The notes beneath the pieces were generated by a model. That model was not told the origin of the DNA. It searched no databases and worked only from the letters and a program-made list of their open reading frames with translations. Position numbers and translations under genes: made by a program. A stretch of DNA of 63,665 nt, the filler included, from Thraustochytrium aureum (Eukaryota), in the NCBI GenBank assembly GCA_012862495.1. It is 9 parts of 7 records of this genome, joined end to end, with 100 filler letters (N's around TTAATTAATTAA, not from the genome) between each part and the next. Parts side by side here need not be neighbours in the genome. Positions count along the whole stretch, not along the records: positions 44,800 to 57,339 come from BLSG01000037.1; 8 more parts are not named here. One strand, given 5' to 3'. The stretch's first letter is position 1. The number at the start of each line of letters is the position of its first letter. Shown here piece by piece: positions 44,800 through 56,900 of the stretch.

Positions 44800-47700
44800 T
44801 TGGTGTAGTCGGCGTCCGTGCGGATCTTGTAAAACTTGTGAAAGTTGTAGCGCTCGTGCTGCGCGGTCTGGATGTTCTTCTGTCGGTGCTGCTCAAACTC
44901 CTTCTCGTCCATGTCGACCTGCTTGCGCTCGTTCTTGCGCTCCGAGGCGGGGAGCGCCTTGTCGAGGTCTTTGATCTTCTGCTTGACCTTGCTCACGAGA
45001 CCGATGTTCATGTCCAGGTCTCCCGCATGCTCCAGGGCGCGCTTGAGCGAGGCGAGGTCGCCGTCGTCGAGCGCGCTCTGCAGCTCCTTTTGCACCACGA
45101 TCTGCTCCATGCAGCGCTGCTCGAGCGAGATGGCCTCCTTGAGCTCGGGGATGTCCTCGGTGAGCCCCTTCTTGGTGGCCTGCTTGATCGCCTTGCTCAG
45201 CGGCTTGACGTCGCCCAGGCTGATGCCCTTTTGCGACTCCGCTAGAGTCTTGAGCGTGTTGACGCTGGCCTGCAGCTCGTCGACCACGTCGGCGGCGTCC
45301 TCGAGCTTGTTGGCCTGCCGAACGAGCTCCTCAACCTCGGCGCCCTGCACACCGAGCTCGAGGATGCGCGCCTTGGCGTCCGCCAGCCGGTCGAGGTCTT
45401 GCGCCTTTGCGGCGTCCAGGAGCTCTTTCTTGGCGTCGTCGATCTTGCGCTGGCGCTCCTGCTTTTTGGCGCCCTCTTCGGCGCGAACGCGGTCGCGCTC
45501 GCCCGTGTCGCCGCTCAGGAGGTCATCCAGGCGCTTTTTCGCCTGGGTGACGGCGTCGTTCTCGAGGCCGAGGTCGATGGCGCCGGCGACGGCGTCCTTG
45601 AGCTTTTGCAGGTCGCGCGCCGAGCTGGCGGCCTCGAGCGCGTCCACGACGCGAACTTCCTCCTCGAGTCGCTCCTTGAGGATCTTGGCCTGCTTGACCT
45701 CCTTTACGTCCGACTTGATGCCGAGCTTCTCCGCCTTGGACAGCGCGGCCGAGAGGCTGGCCAGGTCGCGGGACTCGATGGCGTNNNNNNNNNNNNNNNN
45801 NNNNNNNNNNNNNNNNNNNNNNNNNNNNNNNNNNNNNNNNNNNNNNNNNNNNNNNNNNNNNNNNNNNNNNNNNNNNNNNNNNNNNNNNNNNNNNNNNNNN
45901 NNNNNNNNNNNNNNNNNNNNNNNNNNNNNNNNNNNNNNNNNNNNNNNNNNNNNNNNNNNNNNNNNNNNNNNNNNNNNNNNNNNNNNNNNNNNNNNNNNNN
46001 NNNNNNNNNNNNNNNNNNNNNNNNNNNNNNNNNNNNNNNNNNNNNNNNNNNNNNNNNNNNNNNNNNNNNNNNNNNNNNNNNNNNNNNNNNNNNNNNNNNN
46101 NNNNNNNNNNNNNNNNNNNNNNNNNNNNNNNNNNNNNNNNNNNNNNNNNNNNNNNNNNNNNNNNNNNNNNNNNNNNNNNNNNNNNNNNNNNNNNNNNNNN
46201 NNNNNNNNNNNNNNNNNNNNNNNNNNNNNNNNNNNNNNNNNNNNNNNNNNNNNNNNNNNNNNNNNNNNNNNNNNNNNNNNNNNNNNNNNNNNNNNNNNNN
46301 NNNNNNNNNNNNNNNNNNNNNNNNNNNNNNNNNNNNNNNNNNNNNNNNNNNNNNNNNNNNNNNNNNNNNNNNNNNNNNNNNNNNNNNNNNNNNNNNNNNN
46401 NNNNNNNNNNNNNNNNNNNNNNNNNNNNNNNNNTGGTCATGAGCTGGCTCAGCTGGTCCTTAAACTTGGAGCCCAGCGAGCCCTTGGCCTTGGTGGTCCC
46501 GCGCCCACCACGCCCCCCGCCGCCCCCGTTGCTGGAGGAGAGGCGGCCGAGCCCGCTGACAAACTTGATCTGCGAGGCCTGCAGGAGCTCGGCGATGTCC
46601 TGCGAGAGCTTGTCGCGGTTCTTCTCCAAGAAGGCGGTCACGTTGTACATGACCTCGCCGGCGTAGTGGACGACCGTGAACGCCTCGCGCTCGTACGTGG
46701 TCTTGACGCCGGGCCCGCGAAAGTTGGTGTGCTTGCTCTGGTGTTTCGTGATCTTGGTCAGGAAGCCGGTGTCCGAGCCACGCGGCACGTTCATCTCTTC
46801 GTCGAGCACGGCAAAGATGCCCACGCGCTTGGCCTCGAACAGGTCGATGGTGGGCTGGTTGTCTGCAAAGTCGATCTGCGAGACGTCAACGTTCTCCGCG
46901 CGGTACTCGGCCTGCTCGAGGCGGAAGAGCACCTCGTTGAAGTGGAACTGCAGCTTTTCGTTGCAGTAGTTGATGCAGAGCTGCTCGAACGAGTTGAAGG
47001 CAAAGCTCTCAAAGCCGAAGATATCGAGCACGCCGATGATGCTGAGCTTGTCCTGGGAGACCTTCTCCATGGCCTTGGTCTTTTTCGCCAGCGAGATGTT
47101 GATGCGCTCGATGAGCCACTCGAAGACCTTGCTGTAGAGCTCCTTGGCCAGCACGTCGCGCGAGTCGGTGGCGCGCTCGACGTTGTTGGCCTTGGCCATC
47201 ACCTCGCGGTTGGTGCGGATCTGCTGAAAGCAGAGCGCCTTTTCGAGGGCGTCCGGGGTGACGCCAAACTGGGCGGCGGCCAGCTCGAGCATGTCTTTGT
47301 TGGCCACCCTGGAGCCCTCCTCGAACGAAGAGCCCCCGGCCTCAAAGTCGACGTTGCCCAGGTGCAAGATGCCCGCGACGGTGCGGATCACGTCGTCCTG
47401 CTCGTTGAGCCCGATCCCGATGGTCTCCATGGCGTTGAGCACGGTCTCAAAGTCGTTCTCGTCCGAGATGCCCTCCACCTCGACCACGCCGCTCTGCGAC
47501 AGGTAGTGGTAGTCCTCCGGGTCGGCGAGGCGGAACTTTTCGCGAAACTCCGAGTCCATGGCGGCGCCCGCGCACAGGTTGTAAAAGATGTGGTAGTTGC
47601 GCTCGCCCTCGGCCTGGGCCACGACGCGCGACTTTTCTAGCAGGTACTGCAGGATCTGCCCGCCGACCACCGAGCCCTTGGCGTTGTTGAACTGCACCTC

Positions 47701-48381
47701 GATCCACTTGCCGAACCGCGACGAGTTGTTGTTGCGGATCGTCTTGGCGTTGCCAAAGGCCTCCATCAACGGGTTGGCCTTGAGGATCTGCTCCTGCAGC
47801 GAGGCGTCTTCGAACGAGACCGAGCTGTCGCCCTTGCTCAAGCTCGCCCCGCTCACCTCGGCGATGTATTGCAGGAAGATCTTGGTCGCCTCGGTCTTGC
47901 CGGCGCCAGACTCGCCCGACACGATGCAGCTCTGGTCGCGCTGGCCGGACACCATTTGCTTGTACGCGTCGTCTGCGACGCCGTACACGTGCGGCGGCAG
48001 ATTGCGGTACCCGAGCGTCTTGTACTGGTCCAGCACCTCGGCGGTGTACAGTGGCAGCAGCTTGAAGGGGTTGACCGACACCAGGATTGCTCCGACGTTG
48101 GTGTAGATGTCGTTCTTCGTGAACCGCATGCGCAGGTTGTGCAGGATGGAGGCTTCGTTCAGCTCCTTGAGCTGGACCATGTTTTCGATGGGAGCCAGAC
48201 TCTGCTCGTCCATGCGGATCAGGGTGCGCGTCTCCTTGCCGGTCAGCTTGACCCTGTACCCTTCCCTGTCCAGGGTGGCGCTCTCCCCCTCCTTGAAGGC
48301 CTCCACCACCTTCATCGGCACGAACGCTTCCTCCTCATCGGGCACAAACACCCACGACCCTGTGTTATGCACCGCGGCCAT
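44800..48381 (-). CDS. Myosin heavy chain (motor domain, gap 45785-46433, helical tail; 3'-truncated at linker)
   Basis: SGESGAGKTEATK P-loop, EAFGNAKTIRNNNSSRFGKW, YLLEKSRV, ERNYHIFY, VLDIFGFE, NSFEQLCINYCNEKLQ, FLEKNRD. Charged helical repeats in 44800-45784. Confidence 0.96.
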
Positions 48382-48686
48382 CCTGCCGCGCGCCCCGCTG
48401 GCGCCTTCGCGTGCGCACCTCTAATCCCACGCGTCCGTCGCGAACCAAGCCGGCGGCGCCGTCGCACAGCACGGGCCAGCCGGATCGAGCGCCTCGAGCC
48501 CCGCCAGAGCACCAGCGCCAGCACCAGCGCCCGCTGCGATGCGCTCCTGCGGCTGCACTTGCGCGTGCACGCGAGCGATCCGAGTCTGCCTGCCTCTGCT
48601 GCTCGTGCGTGCAAACCAAAAATCACCAACCCCCCTCCCTTCCCCAAAAAAAACCAATTCAAAAATAAACAAAAATAAATAAACAT

Positions 48687-48786
48687 AAAAAAGCGAAAAC
48701 ACTTACAAAAAAGCGAAAACAATTACAAACAAGTGAAAACGCTTACAAAAAAGGGAAAAACGCTTACAAAAAAGGGAAAAACACTT
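48687..48786. repeat. AT-rich minisatellite, about 5 copies of a 20-21 bp unit, upstream of myosin
   Basis: aaaaaagcgaaaacacttac / aaaaaagcgaaaacaattac / aaacaagtgaaaacgcttac / aaaaaagggaaaaacgcttac / aaaaaagggaaaaacactt. Confidence 0.85.
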
Positions 48787-49084
48787 GGAAGGAAAAAAGA
48801 GCCTGCAGGCTGGCGCTCTCCTCTCGGCGGGCGGGAGGGGGGCGCAAGAGGGCGAGAGAGGAGCGAGCGAAGGTGCGTGCATGAGAGATGTGCTGGAGAA
48901 GTGCATGCCCGTGGGGTCGCCTCTCGCGGGCGTGGGAGGGCGTTGGGTGTGCGGTGTCCTTTTGATGGTTGTGCACGGTGTGTGTTTGCCCTCGCAAAGG
49001 AGGTATTGCCCTCACAGCCCACCCCTGTGAGGGGGTGACCTCGCCGCAGGATCTACCGAGGGGATGCGGGGTTTTTGGATGCGA

Positions 49085-49150
49085 TGATCGAGTTGGTGAT
49101 CGAGTTGGTGATCGAGTTGGTGATCGAGATGGTGGTCGAGATGGTGGTCG
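49085..49150. repeat. 12-bp tandem repeat (TGATCGAGTTGG) x ~5
   Basis: tgatcgagttgg tgatcgagttgg tgatcgagttgg tgatcgagatgg tggtcgagatgg. Confidence 0.85.
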
Positions 49151-49214
49151 TGTTGCGAGATCAACGTGAGGCAGGGGCTGGCTTGGTGATGTTTATGGCT
49201 CGGCGGTTGGGGAA

Positions 49215-49967
49215 TCAGAGGCTTGCGCGGCGGTTGGCTGCGTAGAACTTTAGGGTGAAGCGGCCGAGCGTCGTCGCGCGGTACTTTGCGAGCATCTCGG
49301 GAAGGCCCTTGGGGTACGTGGCCTCGTCCATGGAGAGCTGGAACCCAGTGCCGTAAGCAAAGTCTGCGGGGCATACGAGCGGCGCAAAGAGAGCGCAGGC
49401 CGCGATCTTGCTCGCCGAAGGGGAGAGGTCCCAGTCGGCGTCCTCCAAGCCGGTAAGGCCGAGCTTGCTCTCGATGGCCGGCAAGGCTGCGATGACCCGC
49501 TCCTCGCACTTTGCTATGTACTCCGGCGACCGGACTAAGCCCTTGCGCATGAGGTTTGCCGCAAGCCCGCCGAAGAGCCACCAGGCCGTCCTCTGGCCAA
49601 AGGTCGCCTGCCCGCACAGGTCGTCTACAAAGGGCGTGCCAAGGACGTAAGAGTAGAGGATTGCGCGCGCGCTGATGCCAACGTCTTTGTCGAGCGTCTC
49701 GCGCAGCTCTTCATCGATCGGGTCGTCCGGGAAGCACGTGCGAATTATGCTCCACGAATCGTTGAGCCAGGTGCCGTCCGCCGTCACTTGCGCAAACGGC
49801 GTGCCCTTGCCACCGCACTCTTTGCGGGGCAGCAGCACCAAGTGCAGCACCGGCAGCGCCGGCGTCTCCTCGAAGCTGACCTTGTTTATCTGAAGGCTCC
49901 ACCGCGCGGCCTCGCAGTAGTGCGAGAACGGGATGGTGTAAAGTTTCAACGGCGCTCGACCCGCCAT
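49215..49967 (-). CDS. Glutathione S-transferase-like protein (GST_N thioredoxin fold, SHYC motif), paralog 1
   Basis: LKLYTIPFSHYCEAARWSL, cis-Pro TPF, NDSWSII, C-terminal IAACALFAPLVCP. Confidence 0.85.
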   Translation of the reverse strand: MAGRAPLKLYTIPFSHYCEAARWSLQINKVSFEETPALPVLHLVLLPRKECGGKGTPFAQVTADGTWLNDSWSIIRTCFPDDPIDEELRETLDKDVGISARAILYSYVLGTPFVDDLCGQATFGQRTAWWLFGGLAANLMRKGLVRSPEYIAKCEERVIAALPAIESKLGLTGLEDADWDLSPSASKIAACALFAPLVCPADFAYGTGFQLSMDEATYPKGLPEMLAKYRATTLGRFTLKFYAANRRASL

Positions 49968-50262
49968 AGCGCTCGCTGCCTGCTGAGCTCTCCGCTCGAA
50001 TCGCAGCACGCTCGATAGAGTTGCGCACCTGCCCGTGCGTCGAGGCGGCTTTGCTCCTTGCTTGCGTGGTTGGCACAACTTTAGCGCCGTCGTGCCGCCT
50101 TCAAGCAGAGGTCAGGTTGCGCCGCTGCTTGCGCTTGTGCAATGCGCATGTGCTCGAAGGCCTACCTGCACGTCGACCGGAGCTTCCCCGAATATCCAAT
50201 ATCCAGCATCCAACATCCAAGACAGGTTCGCACGCGCCCAGCAAGGGATCAGGGGGAGAGTG

Positions 50263-50372
50263 GAAGGACTTGAACTTGAGGCCGCGCTGTGAAGGACTTC
50301 GAGTTGCCTTGAAGGCCGCGCTGTGAAGGACTTCGAGTTGCCTTGAAGGCCGCTTGCGAAGGACTTCAAGTT
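50263..50372. repeat. 34-bp tandem repeat (~3 copies) between divergently transcribed GST and G-alpha genes
   Basis: Unit gaaggacttcgagttgccttgaaggccgcgctgt. Confidence 0.85.
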
Positions 50373-50791
50373 GGCTGCCGAAGTGGAGGGAGTTCGCAGG
50401 GGCGACATCATGAATCACCTCTTGATCCCCACTCATCATCCAGGGCATGGGCGCCTCAGGCTGGTCCAGCGGCAGCCAGTCACTCGCCCCGCGCAGCTCA
50501 AGGGCAGCTTGGCCGACTTGCGAGGACGCGGTGCAGCAAGGCAAATACGTCGCACACCGTCCTGAGCATCTCTCACGAGTCTCAACTCCTCACTCATCAG
50601 AATTCAGGAACGATGAGGATAGTCACAATGCAAGCCAAGGTGTGCCGAGCGGATGATGTCCAGAGAGCAGGCAGACCTGCAACAGCAAGGACAGGGCCGA
50701 GCACCGGCAAGCAGCCAGTGCAGAGAGCAGCGCGCGCGAGAAGAAGGCAGGGCTTGCTTCGCGCGAAGCGCTGGCGCGGCGTCGGAGCGAA

Positions 50792-51935
50792 ATGGGGACA
50801 TGCTGCTCGAAGAACGTCCAGGACGTAACTACTCTGACCATCGACAAGTACATGGACAAACGCAAGAACTACGACAAATGCACAGTTAAGCTGCTGGTGC
50901 TTGGCCCCAGAGGATCTGGCAAGTCTACGATCCTAAAAAAGCTGCCGGGCGAACAGCAGCACAACGTCTACCGTGGAAAAAAAGGCGAATCGTTCAAGGC
51001 ACTAGTTCACCGCATGGTCATCCTCGGCGTGAAAGAGGTGCTCCGAAACGCAAGCTCCTCGGGCTTGCTCCTAGATGACGCGCTCGCTGCGCAGGTGGGG
51101 CCGTTTTTGGCTCTGCCCGATGCCGGAGACGCCCATATCGACCAAACCATCGGCGAGCAGATCAAGGCCTTCTGGAGCGACCCTGCGTTCCAGTCCGCGT
51201 GGCAATCCCGCAGTCACTCCCGATTCCAGGACGCGCTTGGCCACTATTGCCGGGAGATGGACCGCATCATGAGCGAAAATTACGAACCCAACTCGAAAGA
51301 TGTCTTCTTTGCGCAAGAAGGCCCATTGGCCGTCAACACTGTGGAGCTCAACGTGTCCGGGGTTCGAAGCCACCTCTTCAACGCAGGTGGCCTTCGCTTT
51401 GACCAGTTCCGCAAGCGAGCGCACCACTTTGATGACGTCACTGGGGTCGTCTTTGTCGCCGCCATCGATGAGTACGACCAGCCGTCCGAGGGCGACAAGG
51501 CCGTGAACCGGCCTCCAAGAAGCTGTCGCGCAATTTGGCCAGTTGTGCGCATCGCCGTACATCGAAACTTCCGGCGTGATCGTTATCCTGAACAAGATGG
51601 ATCTGTTCCGTCAGAAGCTCCGCAGCGTCCCTTTCCGCGTCGCAACGGATGGCGATGAGCGTTTCATCGACTACGAGGGCCCCACGTGGGACAGCCTGTC
51701 GGCGCTGGACTCTGACGCAAGCGAGCGAGGATACGATCCTACGTTTGAAGAGGTGTATTCTCGTACCAAAGAGTACATCATTAGTCTGTTTCGCTCAGAA
51801 GCTGCAGGCACGAGACGTCGGCTTAGCTTTCTAGCGGTATCCGGGACGAAGGAGGATATTTACGACAGACTGTTCAGCGAAGTGAAAGACATCATTCTGA
51901 AAGCGAATCTCGTAGAGGGCGGCTATATGGATTGA
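50792..51935 (+). CDS. Divergent heterotrimeric G-protein alpha subunit (frameshift ~51515)
   Basis: MGTCCS lipidation site, KLLVLGPRGSGKSTILK, helical domain (IKAFWSDPAFQSAW, MDRIMSENYEPNSKDV), FDDVTGVVFVAAIDEYDQ, LNKMDLF, VKDIILKANL. Confidence 0.9.
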
Positions 51936-52940
51936 GATCAAGAAGACTCTAGCTAGCTCTAGCTCGCTAGAGAGCGAGAGCTAGCTCTCTAGAGCTAGTA
52001 GAGTAGGTCTACAGAAAGAGAGTGTACTCGAGTACCTATGCTGCCTCCTTCGGCAGCTTGAAACGGGGCATCTCTGCACGCGACGGAAACCGCAGCTTGA
52101 AGAGACCCCAGACCGGTTGGTTAGTCAGGCGGAACAAGCGAGTTAACACGGAAGATCTCTTGCTGAACCAGAAAGACGGGACGCGCCTTTACGCAGCCCT
52201 TCTCGGGGCGTCTCTACGTACAATTAACGCGGCGTCCACGCCATGTGCTGGGGAGAGCGCAAACCAGCCAGCATCATAAAAGTACTTCAGAACATGGCGG
52301 TGAACTTGGACGAAGGGGTTTGCTATTTTTCTCCATGTTTTTTTATTTTAGAGAACGTGAACGAGTTCGGCTGCCTCCTTAGGCAGCCAGCGACGGGGCA
52401 TCTCTGCGCGCGTCGGTGTGCAGAGCCCGTGTTCAGCAGCTGGGGCTTGCACACTGCCGTTTGCTGTGGAAAGCGNNNNNNNNNNNNNNNNNNNNNNNNN
52501 NNNNNNNNNNNNNNNNNNNNNNNNNNNNNNNNNNNNNNNNNNNNNNNNNNNNNNNNNNNNNNNNNNNNNNNNNNNNNNNNNNNNNNNNNNNNNNNNNNNN
52601 NNNNNNNNNNNNNNNNNNNNNNNNNNNNNNNNNNNNNNNNNNNNNNNNNNNNNNNNNNNNNNNNNNNNNNNNNNNNNNNNNNNNNNNNNNNNNNNNNNNN
52701 NNNNNNNNNNNNNNNNNNNNNNNNNNNNNNNNNNNNNNNNNNNNNNNNNNNNNNNNNNNNNNNNNNNNNNNNNNNNNNNNNNNNNNNNNNNNNNNNNNNN
52801 NNNNNNNNNNNNNNNNNNNNNNNNNNNNNNNNNNNNNNNNNNNNNNNNNNNNNNNNNNNNNNNNNNNNNNNNNNNNNNNNNNNNNNNNNNNNNNNNNNNN
52901 NNNNNNNNNNNNNNNNNNNNNNNNNNNNNNNNNNNNNNNN

Positions 52941-53314
52941 GGTTTTGCCTGCCCACAGAGTTCACTCATGAACCCGCTATCGAGCGCATGCGAGTAGAGA
53001 ATAGCCCTCGAGCTGACGCCAATGTCCTTGTCCAGCGCCATGCGAACATTGTCGTCGATTGCTTCGTCTGGGAAGCAGCTCTGGATGATGCTCCACGAGT
53101 CGTTCAGGTAAGTCCGGTCCGCAGGATTATACGCGAATGGGGTCCCCTTGCCTTTGGTGCCCTTGCGCGGCAGCAGCATCAGATGGATCACTGGCAGCGC
53201 GTTCACCTCCGAGAACGCCGTACCCGTGTGCTGCAAGCTCCATCGTGCGGCCTCGCAGTAATGCGAGAACGGAATGGCATAGAACTTTAGCACTTGTGCA
53301 GACTCGGCCGACAT
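52941..53314 (-). CDS. GST-like protein paralog 2 (3' part in gap)
   Basis: LKFYAIPFSHYCEAARWSL...GKGTPFA...NDSWSIIQSCFPD...LDKDIGVSSRAILYS; closely similar to 49215..49967. Confidence 0.85.
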
Positions 53315-53917
53315 GTTCGTCCTCTGGAGTATCGACCGCTGTTGCGCGCCAGCCGACCGCTTTTCGCTCCCGCCGCGAGTTGCGTCTTTGCTGCCAGACA
53401 ACACAAGGCCTGCCAGGGCTCCACTCTCATGCACAGAACCGACCAAGTAGAGCACTTGCTTCGTTTCATCAGTCTCGGCGCACACCTGGACGGTGCGATG
53501 ATCTCGACCTCCGCGACGCACCTCCGCAACGGGAAACGCGCACCACCACTGGCTACTACCGGTTCTGGCAGCCTCGCGCTGGAGACGGCCGTCGGCTTGC
53601 ACGCACCACGCAGTGGAGTGGCAAGGCCAAGCGGGCCAAGCCAAGGCGGCCAAGCGAATGATTTGCCGTCGGAAAGGCGTTTCCTTGGCGTGTGCGACAC
53701 ATGCGACTTCCAGACCCAAGTGTCGACAAGAAAATTGAGCGCGTCTGTCCGTCAGACTTGGTCAGACATTCCGACCAAAGACGATGACCCGGCCGAGCGC
53801 CTCGCTCGCTGGCAACAGCACGAGGGCATCATTACGCTTTGCATTGCAATAGGCCTACTACCTTTGTACATACATTCTCGTACGCCTGGACGGCATGCGG
53901 GCTGCTGGGGACGGACC

Positions 53918-56900
53918 TCAATGTGGGCTTGCGCCGCAGACGGGGGAGAGGCGCTGCCGCTTCGAGGCTGGGACGCCGTCGTTGGCTTGAGATTCCGAGG
54001 GGTCTCGCAGGCCAGCTTGCCCACTTCGACGGCCCCGCGACCGCGCCAGCGCTCGCGCAAGCGCCGAGCCAGCCGCCGCCAAGTCTTGCACTGGCAAGCC
54101 CCAACGAAGGTCTACGAGGTTGGCAAGCCTGCCGTCAGCCGCCTGGGTCTCGCAAAGGGAGAGGCCTTCTGGGGCAACCCGACAAGCACCGGGCGAAGCA
54201 AAGCCGGGCAGCTGGAGAGAGCGTTCCAGGCTGTATCCACCGCTGCGGGCTCCAGCGCGCCGATGAGGAGCACAAAATCCACCGCGTCGATGCACTCCGT
54301 TGCCGCAAGCCCCGAGCTGCTCACAACATCCGAGCAACAGGTCGGCGCAACTACGCGCAGCGCCTCCTGGACCTGGGCGCGCTCGGCGTGGCTGCCGCCG
54401 ACGAGAAGCGCGTGTACTCCAGCAGGAGCGCAGATGACGTCCAAAATGGCCTGCGCGAGGTCTCTGTCAGCAGGGAGCGGCTTGCGCAGGAATGAGTCGG
54501 CCCCAGCTGCGATGTAGGCGTCGTGCGAGTCGTTCGCCGAGCAGCCGATCAGCAAGGTCTTGACCACGCCGGCCGCGCGCGCGGCACGGATCGCCTCCGC
54601 CCCGGTCATCGGCATGGCAGGGCCGGGCATGTAGTGGTCGACGATGGCCAGAGTGTACTTTGTCGGGTTGGCTCGCAGAACGTTGACGGCCGCTTCTCCC
54701 GAGGCAACCTCGTCAACCACAATGTCCCCGAGGAGTTTGAACAGCACGCGTTTCATCACCGCGCGGATTNNNNNNNNNNNNNNNNNNNNNNNNNNNNNNN
54801 NNNNNNNNNNNNNNNNNNNNNNNNNNNNNNNNNNNNNNNNNNNNNNNNNNNNNNNNNNNNNNNNNNNNNNNNNNNNNNNNNNNNNNNNNNNNNNNNNNNN
54901 NNNNNNNNNNNNNNNNNNNNNNNNNNNNNNNNNNNNNNNNNNNNNNNNNNNNNNNNNNNNNNNNNNNNNNNNNNNNNNNNNNNNNNNNNNNNNNNNNNNN
55001 NNNNNNNNNNNNNNNNNNNNNNNNNNNNNNNNNNNNNNNTTGGCGAGCCAGAATGCCCCGAAGCCTCGCGACTGGGGAGGCGTTTATGTCCGCCTGGGCA
55101 TCCGCAGGCCCGCCAGGCGAACCCATGCCTCTGCACCCGGCCCGCGCGGGCAGCTCTGGCCTCACGGCGGGCAGCGGCAGCTTGACCTCAAAGCGAGCTC
55201 CCCGCCAGCCAGTCACGCCCGAGCGAAACGTTGGGTCGTGGCGAATAGAGCCGCCGAGCGCATTCACGATGGCGCGACAGAGGCTGAGACCAATCCCCGT
55301 GCCCTGGCGCAACGAGTCCAGCTTGGTCTGGTACTTGTTGAACAGCCCGGCGGCGTCGTCTTCGAGGATCCCGGGTCCCGAGTCCTCGACTGCAAGGACG
55401 ACAAACTCTGGCTGGGCCTCGTCCCTCTTTGCGACGAGCCGGACAAAGCCGGTCTGCACAAACTTGAGGGCGTTCTGTGCCAAGTTGACAAGCACTTGCT
55501 TGAGGCGGAGAGCATCTGTCTCGACCCACAGCGGGTCTGCGCACACGACCTCCAGTCCCACGGCGTTGCCTCGGCGTGACAGGATGGCCTCGGTGGGCTT
55601 GAGCACGTCGTCCCGCAGAGAAACGATACGGTACTGCCAAAACTCCGCCCCGGCGTTCCCTACGCTTCCGTTCGTCAGCTTGCCGAGGTCGAGCATGTTG
55701 GACAAGAGCTCGTTGATGAATTGGAGGCTCGCGCTAATCAGCTCCACGTCTTGCTCTGCGGTGCGCCGCACCTGCGGATCTTTCCACTCTGCGCTCGCAA
55801 GACTCGCGGAAATAAAGCGCGCCCCGCAGATCGCAACTGAAAGCGGATTGCGCACTTCGTGGGCGATGTACTCGTTTAGCGCAGACTCGGCCTCGGCGCG
55901 CTCCTTTTCTTTGTGGTGTGCAGCGCGCTCCTTGAGCACGTCGCTGATGTCCACCCCGCGAAAAAGGCCCCTTCCACCTCGCCCCGCGCGCCCATCGTGG
56001 GGCCCGCGCTCAAGAGGAGCTGCCGCTCGCCGTTCGAAGTCTCGAACGCTACCTCGGAGTTGCTCAGCTGGCGGCCGCTCAGCACGCGCTTCAACACTGC
56101 TTCTGACCCCTCGCGGTCTTTCGTGTACGCGGGAAAACCGCCCCGATCCGCAACCTTGTCCAAGCTGTCGTCCATGAGCTCGCGCGCCGGCTGGTTCCAC
56201 GTTGCGATCCGACCCGACGAGTCGCACCAAAAGATGGGCACGCTCGCGCACTCAATCAGCGTCTCCAATGCAGATCGCTGTGCCTCCATCAGTGCCTCGA
56301 GGGCGCGCCGCTCGGCGGCCTGCGCCTCACGCAACGCGGTCAGGTTGCTGTGTGTTCCGATCATCCGGACGGCGCCTCCAGTTTTCGGGTCCCAGTCCAC
56401 GACTTTGCCGCGGCAGCGCACTGTAACCTTTTTGCCTGGCTCGGCTCTGCTGTTAAAGTTGAGGTCGTACGAGTGCACTGTTTTGCCTGCGGTGCGCACG
56501 TGCTCATTAAAGGCCTCTCGAGCGATTCGTGCCTCGGTCGGCTCGACCAGCTCGCGCCATGCGCCTGCTCTTCTGTGCATGTCTTTGGGGTCGCACCCAA
56601 TCATGCGCCAAAACTGCTCGGACATCTGGTCTGTGTCTGATGGGATGTCCCACTCCCAGAAACCGTTCAACTCGGTGCTCAGCACAAGGTCAACCTTCTC
56701 CACAGCGGTGCGCTCGACGGTCACGTCGAGCACCTCTATCAGCCAGCATTGGCGGCACGGCGCGCCGGAGGGGCCTGGTCCTCGTTGCCGCGGCCTGCTA
56801 TATTTGCGGCGTCCTCGGAGTGGCCGCCGCCACTGCTCTGACGTTGGCCGACCGAGCCTGACGCTGAGCTTGCGGTCGGTTTAGTTGTTGGCTCGGTCGC

